DNA of 64,000 bases, from positions 52,018,001 to 52,082,000 of the forward strand of contig OX597818.1 in assembly GCA_951406725.2 (NCBI GenBank), given 5' to 3'. The position numbers and the translations under genes are program-made. Positions 54,810-64,000 of this stretch are shown here, one piece after another. Under the pieces are notes generated by a model, which searched no databases, was not told the DNA's origin, and worked only from the letters and a program-made list of their open reading frames with translations. Position 1 is the first letter of the stretch; every line of letters begins with the position of its first letter. The stretch comes from Octopus vulgaris (taxonomy: Eukaryota).

Positions 54810-55313
54810 TATCATCATTATTATTAGGAGAGTATTGTAGTTCGCTTGAAGCATTGTGTATTGTTTGTAAAAAAATAATAAATAATAATAATGTGTTTTG
54901 AATGGCACAACAATGCGCTATATTAACAACAATGGACTATAATAACTGGTGTAATTTGATCATCCATAGTCTGATATAATATTTCGGAGTATAAAAATTC
55001 CTTCTTCAGATATCCCTAGGAATTGATCGAGTCACTGCTACAATCGATTTTCCAACGGTTTTATTTATTTATTTATTTTTTCCTATTTTTCTATTTCCCC
55101 GGAAGTGTCTCCGCACTGGGCTCACGAAGCTCCTTCCGGAATTCCTCGTGAGAAGTGCGGCCATGTCTCAGGCTCATGTGTTCTGGCACATCCGTAGCTC
55201 TGCTTCTAAGTTATGTATTACACGTGCAGTTACCTTTTCCCTAAACCCTTTTTTCTTTATGAGTAATACATAAGCATGTCATCAAAAAAGAACCTACACG
55301 CATCCAGATGTAG

Positions 55314-55990
55314 CTAGAGAATATATTGACTGCTAAGCTCCAGACTGTTGTTGATTTGGGGCCCTAGTCTGTCTATGAGAATAGCTTCCTTAATTCTTAA
55401 TTTACCCAAATTTCTTCCTTTGACCTCAATTGTGACTGTTATGCTTTTGTTGGTGTTCCGGCATCTGTCTAGATGTTTTTTGAAGGAAGAGGCTCTCGTA
55501 TTCAGAAGTTCTTTGATGCGAATGTGTAACGGTCTTGTTGTGCTACCCACATAGAACCTGTTGTATTTGTTACATTGTATTCTATACACGACACTTACCC
55601 GTTGGTATAAGTCTGTGCCACGGATAGGACAGCTTGCTAGTGTGCATTGATTGCTGTTCCTTGTCCGTTTCCTTGCGAGATGTCTTCTCAGAGAGGCGCC
55701 GGAGTGGGCTAGTTGTATATCTAATCCTTCCTTTCTTATGGTTCTTCGGTTGGATCTAGTTATCCTCTCGCTAAAATGGGGTATTTTAAGGAAGCATGTG
55801 TTGCTGGGTTTTCTGTGTGTTCGGCGTGGTGTTCGTTTTGGGTACTTAACCCGATTTATAATGGATATAGGGTACCCGTTGGTTTTTAAAATTTCTAGGA
55901 AGCGTGTAGTGTGAGTCACCTTGTCCTCTGTCTTGCTCTGGGTGCGTATCCTAATTTGGCACCGAGTGGAAGTGCTGAATTGTAGTGGAC
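55314..55990 (-). mobile_element. Penelope-like retroelement relic: RT thumb plus GIY-YIG endonuclease
   Basis: ORF 55314-55919 has NGYP, VVYRIQC..FYVGSTTRPLHIRIKE and KEAILI..P.IN motifs; upstream VHYNSALP..K is in another frame; probable C>Y and H>L decay. Confidence 0.88.
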
Positions 55991-56556
55991 AAACATATCT
56001 CTACTGGCTGTTTTCCTGTACCGAGTTTTTTTGTACCGAGTAAAGGCGGCGAATTGACAGAATCGTTACTGTGCCGGACAAAGTGCTCAGTCGTATTTCA
56101 TCCGGCTCTTTAGATGCTGTGTCCAACAGCCACCGAGGTCGACTTTGCCTTTCATCATTTCGGGATCGATAAAATAAGTACCAGTTGAGCACTGGGGGAT
56201 CGATGTATTTGACTTACACCTCCTCCTTAAACGGCAGACTTTCTGCCAAAATTTCAAATTACTATCACTATTGTAGTCAAGTCCCCTTTCTCTACCTCCT
56301 CTTTTCCTCTTTATCATCAATATCATCATCATCCTCATCACCACCACCATCATCATCATCGTCATCATCGTCGTCGTCGTTGTCATCATCATCATCATCA
56401 TCATCATCGTTAATGCATCATCATTTTTTAATTGCTATTAAGGTATGTAAATATAGTATGCTCCGTTCATAATATAAAGATTTACAGAATTCTTCTTCTT
56501 CTTCTTCTTCTTCTTCTTCTTCTTCTTCTTCTTCTTCTTCTTTTTCATCTTCTTCT

Positions 56557-56587
<31 letters not shown>

Positions 56588-57199
56588 TTTCTTCTTCTTC
56601 CTCTCCTTTTCCTTCTTCTTCTTCTTCTTCTTCTTCTTCTTCTTCTTCTTCCTTTTGTTCTCCTCCTCCTTCTCCTCCTCCTCCTCATCTCCCTTTCATT
56701 CTCTCTTTCCATATCTACTTACTATCCATCCATCCATCCATCCATCCATCCATTCCTCTATCTATTTCCCCAATGATATCGTCATCGTCATCGTCTTCTT
56801 TTTTCATTTCAGCTTAATTACTCCAAGATACATTTCTGACAATAATTCTTAATAACCAGCAACTAAATAATTACCGTTTTACAAATCTTCCATCCATTAT
56901 TTTTACTTTTATTTTCATTCAGTATTGTTACCGCCACGCGCACGCGCGCATACACCAGTGCGCGCACAACACACGCACGCACGTACGCACTCATACACAT
57001 ATACACACAGACATATACAATACACCCAACGCACACACATATGCATAGACATACACATGTAAATATAGATGGAGAGAGAGGGATAGAAAGAGAGAGAGAA
57101 AGAGGTATTTGTGTATTTATATATATATGCACACATATGTATATACATATGTATGTATGTGTGTATGTATGTATGTATGTATGTATGTATGCATGTATC

Positions 57200-57232
<33 letters not shown>

Positions 57233-57265
57233 ATACACACATACATACATATACATACACACATA

Positions 57266-57519
57266 TACATACACACATACATACACACATACATACATAC
57301 ATACATATATATATATACACACACACATACATACACACATACATACATACATACGTACGTACATACATACATACATACATACATACATACACACATACAT
57401 ATATGCACACATACATATATATATATATATATATACATACATATGTGTATATTTATATACATATATATGTGTATATATATATATACATACATATGTACAT
57501 ATACATATACATGTACATC

Positions 57520-57557
<38 letters not shown>

Positions 57558-57609
57558 CATATATATATATACATACATACATATATATATATACATATAC
57601 ATGTATATC

Positions 57610-57671
<62 letters not shown>

Positions 57672-57723
57672 GATATACATGTATATGTATATATATATAT
57701 GTATGTATGTATATATATATATG

Positions 57724-57765
<42 letters not shown>

Positions 57766-57848
57766 GATGTACATGTATATGTATATGTACATATGTATGT
57801 ATATATATATACACACATATATATGTATATAAATATACACATATGTAT

Positions 57849-57881
<33 letters not shown>

Positions 57882-58025
57882 CATATATGTATGTGTGTAT
57901 GTATGTATGTATGTATGTATGTATGTACGTACGTATGTATGTATGTATGTGTGTATGTATGTGTGTGTGTATATATATATATATGTATGTATGTATGTAT
58001 GTGTGTATGTATGTGTGTATGTATG
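57266..58025. repeat. palindromic compound microsatellite centred on (TA)n
   Basis: Irregular CATA/TA pattern mirrored about ~57640. Confidence 0.85.
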
Positions 58026-58460
58026 TATAATCTCTCTAAACGTTATTATTAAAATTCACTAATTTAATTTCTATGCCATTCATTTAGTTTTTTCTCTTAT
58101 GGCGAATGAAGGTCAAAGGAGGTCATCCCGCCGAAAGAGATTCATTTCAAAGCAAAACTGAGCTCAATTAAATGATGACAGAAAAGAATCATCAGCGGAA
58201 CACACGGATCTAATTAGATGAGAGACAGAAAGTTTATTTTTATTTTCTTTTAGACATTGCTTCGTCTTTTTGTTATGTATATATATATATCCATCGCCAT
58301 TGGTGAGCAATGACGACATCGGCTAAAGGTTTCCTACAGGATAGTCAAAACCCAAATAATAGTCAAAATTGCAAAAAGGTCCTCTCTTCTGTGCATCCCA
58401 CGCTTCAAATATACATTTTTAGATAAGTTAGGCAAGGCTGTGTAATAAGAAGCTTGCTTC

Positions 58461-59058
58461 TTAAGGCGGCGAGCTGGCAGAAACGTTAGCACGCGGGGCG
58501 AAATGCTTAGCGGTATTTCGTCTGTCGCTACGTTCTGAGTTCAGATTCTGCCGAGGTCGACTCTGCCTTTCATCCTTTCGGGGTCGATAAATTAAGTACC
58601 AGTTACGCACTGAGGTCAATATAATAGACTTAATCTGTTTGTCTGTCCTTTTTTGTCCTCTCTGTGTTTAGCCCCTTGTGGGTAGTAAAGAAATAGGTAT
58701 TTCATCTGTCTTTGCGTTCTGAGTTCAGATTCCGCCGAGGTCGACTCTGCCTTTCATCCTTTCGGGGTCGATAAATAAGTACGAGTTACGCACTGAGGTC
58801 AATATAATAGACTTAATCTGTTTGTCTGTCCTTTTTTGTCCTCTCTGTGTTTAGCCCCTTGTGGGTAGTAAAGAAATAGGTATTTCATCTGTCTTTACGT
58901 TCTGAGTTCAGATTCCGCCGAGGTCGACTTTGCCTTTCATCCTTTCGAGGTCGATAAATTAAGCATCAATTCCGCACTGGGGTCGATATAATCGACTTAA
59001 TCCGTTTGTCTGTCCTTGTTTGTCCCCTCTTTGTTTATCCCCTTGTTGGCAATAAAGA
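58461..59058 (+). mobile_element. trimeric SINE-A inserted into a SINE-B copy
   Basis: One head and three ~180-bp bodies; TSD AATAAGAAGCTTGCTTC at 58444-58460 and 59059-59075. Confidence 0.85.
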
Positions 59059-59926
59059 AATAAGAAGCTTGCTTCCCAGCCATATCTTCTGGGTTCAGTC
59101 CCACTGCGTGTCACTTTGGGCAAGTGTCTTCTGTTATAGCCCCAGGGCGACCAAAGCTTTGTGAAAGGATTTAGTAGACAGAAACTGAAAGAAGCACGTC
59201 ACGTCGTATATATGTATATATCTATGTGTTAGTGCATCTTTGAGTTTGTGTTCGTTCCCCATCGCCGCTTGATAACGGTGTTGTTTTGTTTTCATCCCAA
59301 TAATGAAGCAGTTTTGCAAAAGGGAACCGACAGAATAAGCACCAAACTCTAGAATATGTACTGAGGCTAATTCATTCGTTTAAACCCTCCAAGGCGATAT
59401 CCAAACATAACTGCAGCCTAATGACCGAGATGGCAAAAGGTTGAGAGTTTAGCATGCTATATTTATAAAAAACAATGCAGCATTTGACGGGCACCGATAA
59501 AGTATGGTGTAACGTTGTGTTTTCGGTGAACCAAGCGCTCAATCCGATTTTAGTTTCAAGTTTAAAGTGGAAATGTATATGATTTTTATTTTTAAAATAA
59601 GACATTTTTTTTTTTGTATTTTATCAAGTTTGGAATTCCAATAGATCGATTTTTGTATTTCATCTTTGGTCCGTTCATTCTAAATCTACAGATATCTAGT
59701 TTCGTAGGGTAAGGACATTTGTAAAATAAAATTAATTTCATGTGTCGAAAGGAGGGAACTGAATTCTAACGACATTTCGAGTAGGGTACTTCTACGAAGA
59801 ACTTTTTCTCAGAGTGATGAAGATGATCAATTTCTCTATACTGCCCTCAGTGTCAAATTGAGATGTAAGCTAAACTAATTGGTTCTCAGCCAGGCGTCCA
59901 TTCATCGTTTTTCTTCGTCTCCCCTA

Positions 59927-59976
<50 letters not shown>

Positions 59977-60463
59977 CCATCATCACCATCTTCATCATCA
60001 CCACCATCATCACCACCACCACCACCACCATCACCATCATCATCATCATCATCATCACCACCATCATCACCACCACCACCACCATCATCACCATCATCAC
60101 CATCATCATCATCACCACCATCATCACCACCACCACCACCACCATCACCATCATCATCATCATCATCATCATCACCATCATCACCATCCTCATCATCACC
60201 ACCATCATCACCACCACCACCACCACCATCACCATCATCATCATCATCATCATCACCACCATCATCACCACCACCACCACCACCATCACCATCATCACCA
60301 TCCTCATCATCACCACCATCATCACCACCACCACCACCACCATCACCATCATCATCATCATCATCATCATCATCGTCGTCGTCGTCGTCAGCATCACCAC
60401 CACCACCACCATCACCATCACCATCACCACTACCACCACCATCACCACCACCACTACCACCAC

Positions 60464-60503
<40 letters not shown>

Positions 60504-60716
60504 GTCACTATCACCACCATCATCATCACCACCACTACCACCACCACCACCACCACTACCACCACCATCATCATCATCATCGTCGTCGTCGTCGTCGTCG
60601 TCACCATCACCACCACCACCACCATCATCATCACCACCACCACCATCATCATCACCACCACCACCACCACCACCATCACCATCACCACCACCACTACCAC
60701 CACCACCATCACCACC

Positions 60717-60750
<34 letters not shown>

Positions 60751-60918
60751 TCATCATCACCACCACCACCACCATCACCAACATCATCATCATCATCACC
60801 ACCACCATCACCACCACCACCACCATCAAAACCATCACCACCATCATCACCACCACCACCACCACCACCACCACCACCACCACCACCACCACCACCACCA
60901 CCACCACCATCATCGTCA
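59927..60918. repeat. ~1-kb (CAT/CAC)n trinucleotide array
   Basis: Direct reading; explains the poly-His and poly-Met/Val ORFs. Confidence 0.95.
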
Positions 60919-61464
60919 TCTCCTGTTCTTTTGCCTTATGTCCTTACATATATTCTACCCTGTCTGCATTTACTCGTTCGTTGTTTACAGACTCCTCGCA
61001 AATCAATGTCAAAAGACTGGGCTCCTTTACGAATCCGTCATTGTCACTCTTTTCATTAATATTATATTAATATCTGATCGTCTCCTCCGACTTGTAATTG
61101 TTTTATCATAGTGACATCTTTGTCGTCAGCTTTTTTTATTCATTTGCGGTTGCAGATGTCCGACTTTCGCCATTTTTTATTTTCATTTTTTTCCCCCCAT
61201 CGTCTCCTTCCATTTCCTTCTTTCGTGTACTTTGAATCAACCCCCACCGACCCCCAGGACCCTCCTCTAACTAAACCCGATTTCCACTTATTTCTGTCTC
61301 CTCTTCCCGCACCCCCCCCTCATTCGTCTTCTCCCACCTCCTGCCTTCGTCTTTGCAAGTCGTACACGGCTGTCTAACCTTTCATCTGTGAAAATTCAAC
61401 AAGTACAAACACCTTGTTCATGGCATCAGAAGGAAAATTTTCTCTATAAAACTGCTGTTACAAA

Positions 61465-61566
<102 letters not shown>

Positions 61567-62982
61567 GCATATGTAACACATACAGAGACAGATGTACGCG
61601 TGTGTGTATGCGCGCTTAAACATGTATAATAGACATACGAAACATATGTACAAACGTTTGTTACATTCATGTATTAATACATATATTGATTTCAAATTCT
61701 GGCACAAGGCCAGCAATTTGGGTTGGAATGGGGGTGGGGTGGGCAAGTTGACTGTATCAGCCCCAGTACTCAGCTGGTACTTATTGCATCGACACCCTAA
61801 AGGATAAAAAGCAAAGTCGGCTTCAGTAGAACTTGCATGTGTTAATATGTTATATTCTTTTCTATTCTAGACACAAGGCCCGAAATTTTGGGTAAGAGGG
61901 CCAGTCGATTAGATCCACCACAGTACGTAACTGGTACTTAATTTGTCGACTCCGAAAAGATGAAAGGCAAAGTCGATCTCGGCGGAATTTCAGCTCATAA
62001 CGTAAAGACAGACGAAATACTGCTAAGCTTTTCACCCGGCGTGCTAACGTTTCGTATTTCTTTATTTCTCACAAGGGGCTAAACATAGAGGGGACAAACA
62101 AGGACAGACAAACGGATTAAGTCGAATACATCGACCCCAGTGCGTAAGTGGTACTTAATTTATCGACCCCCGAAAAGATGAAAGGCAAAGTCGACAGCGG
62201 CGGAATTTGAACTCAGAACGTAATGGCAGACGAAATACTGCTAGGCATTCCGCCCGGCATGCTAACGTTTCTACCAGCTCACCGCCTTTAATATATTATA
62301 TCAATAATCAACAGAGAGCGGCGAGCTGGTAGAGTTGTTAACATGCCGGGGAAAATGTTTAGCGGCATTTCGTCCGTCTTTACATTTCTGAGTTCAATTT
62401 CCACCGCGGTCTACTTTAGTTTTTATCCTTTTGGGGGTCAATAAAATAAATACCAGTTGAGCACGGGGGTTGTTGTAATCGACTTAACCCACTCAACCAA
62501 AATTTGAAACCAGGAATCAAAGAAATAGGGCCGCAAGCTAGCGGAATCATTAGTGCGTCGGACAAAATGCTTCGTGGAATTTTTTCCAGTTTTTTACGTT
62601 CTGAGTTCAAATGCCACCGAAATCGACTTTGAGTTTCATCGTCGGAATCTATAAAATAGTGTACCAGTTAGGTACTGGGGTCGATGTAATCGACTTACCC
62701 ACTTAATGGTTCTCAATTGAGGTCTACATGACACTTCGGGGTTCATATAAGATTTAGTTGTTAAAATGCATGCGCAATAAATTGATTACACCTATAATAC
62801 ACTAAATATTTTAAAAATATTTTAATGCAATTATATTTAGGCATGGCTGTGTGGTAAGTGGCTTGCTTACCACCCACATGGTTCGAGTTCAATCCCACTG
62901 CGTGGCACCCTCTTCTATAGCCTCGGGCCGACCAAATCCTTATGAGTTGATTTGGTAGACGGAAACTGAAAGAAACCCTTCG

Positions 62983-63020
<38 letters not shown>

Positions 63021-64000
63021 CGTGTGTGCGCGCGGGTGTTTGTGTGTCTCTGTTTGTCCCCACAACATCGCTTGAAAACTGAAACTGGTGTGTTCACGTC
63101 CACGTAACTTAACGGTTCGGCAAAAGCGACCGGTAGAATAAATACTAGGCTTACAAGGAATAAGTCCTAGGGGGCGACTTGCTCGACTAAAGGTGGTGCT
63201 CCAGCATGGCCGCAGTCAAGTGACTGAAACAAAACAAAAAAAAAACGATTATAAAAATACAATAGGATATTTCAAACATGGAACGTTTCTGAGGGTCAAT
63301 CCGAGTGGAATATGAATCAAAGGGGACCACAAGCAAAAACTGGTCGAGATGTACTAAATTAGCCCCTTCCCCAAAAATTTTAGGCCTTGTCCTTTGTAAT
63401 AGAAAGGGTTTATAATAGGAGCACTCCGTCGCTTACGACGACGAGGGTCCCAGTTGATCCGGTCAACGGAACAGCTTGCTCGTGAAATTAACGTGCAAGT
63501 GGCTGAGCAATCCACAAACATGTGTACCCTTAATGTAGTTCTCAGGGACATTCAGCGTGGCATAGAGTGTGACAAGGCTGGCCCTTTTTGAAATACGGGT
63601 ACAACTCATTTTTGCCAGCTGAGTGGACTGGATCAACATGAAATAAAGTGTCTTGCTAAAGGACACAACACGTCGCTGGGAATCGAACTCACAACCTTAC
63701 GATCATGAGCCGAATGCCCTAACCACTAAGCCACGCGCCCTCACAATAGAAAGGATTAATAATTGTTGTTTGTTCCTTCTCGAGCCATACCTGGCTCACA
63801 AGGGCCGGTTTTCCGGTTGCCTTGCCGTATAGGTTCCCCACCTGGACTGGACGCCGGTCCGTCGTAGGTGAGCTGCAAGATGCAGGAGGAAAGAGTGAGA
63901 GAAAGTTGTGGCAAAAGAGTCAGCAGAAGCTCGCCATTACCTTCTGCCGGAGCCGCGCGGAACTCAGGTGTTTCGCTCATAAACACACACATTGCCCGCT

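Overview
Repeat-dense, AT-rich animal genomic DNA. The SINE families and dense microsatellites resemble those of Octopus/coleoid cephalopods (inference). No confident host protein-coding gene was found, and nearly all long ORFs in the track are microsatellite or SINE artefacts. The main feature is a ~30-kb tRNA-Ala array (13.6-43.1 kb) with 19 full-length genes (13 AGC, 6 TGC) built on one shared body, plus 8 relics. It is organised as higher-order tandem and inverted duplications with alternating AGC/TGC genes. Around it are tRNA-derived SINEs, R4/Dong-like LINE fragments (mostly beside (TAA)n), a Penelope-like GIY-YIG relic, MITEs with clean 8-9 bp TSDs and Helitron-like ends. Several near-perfect palindromes are present, mostly beside (TA)n, along with several minimal type-I hammerhead ribozyme motifs. 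One variant (CCGAUGA core, U.U at the base of stem II, different but self-complementary stem III inserts) occurs in two diverged elements and is followed by a conserved multi-hairpin RNA motif that I cannot assign to a known family.
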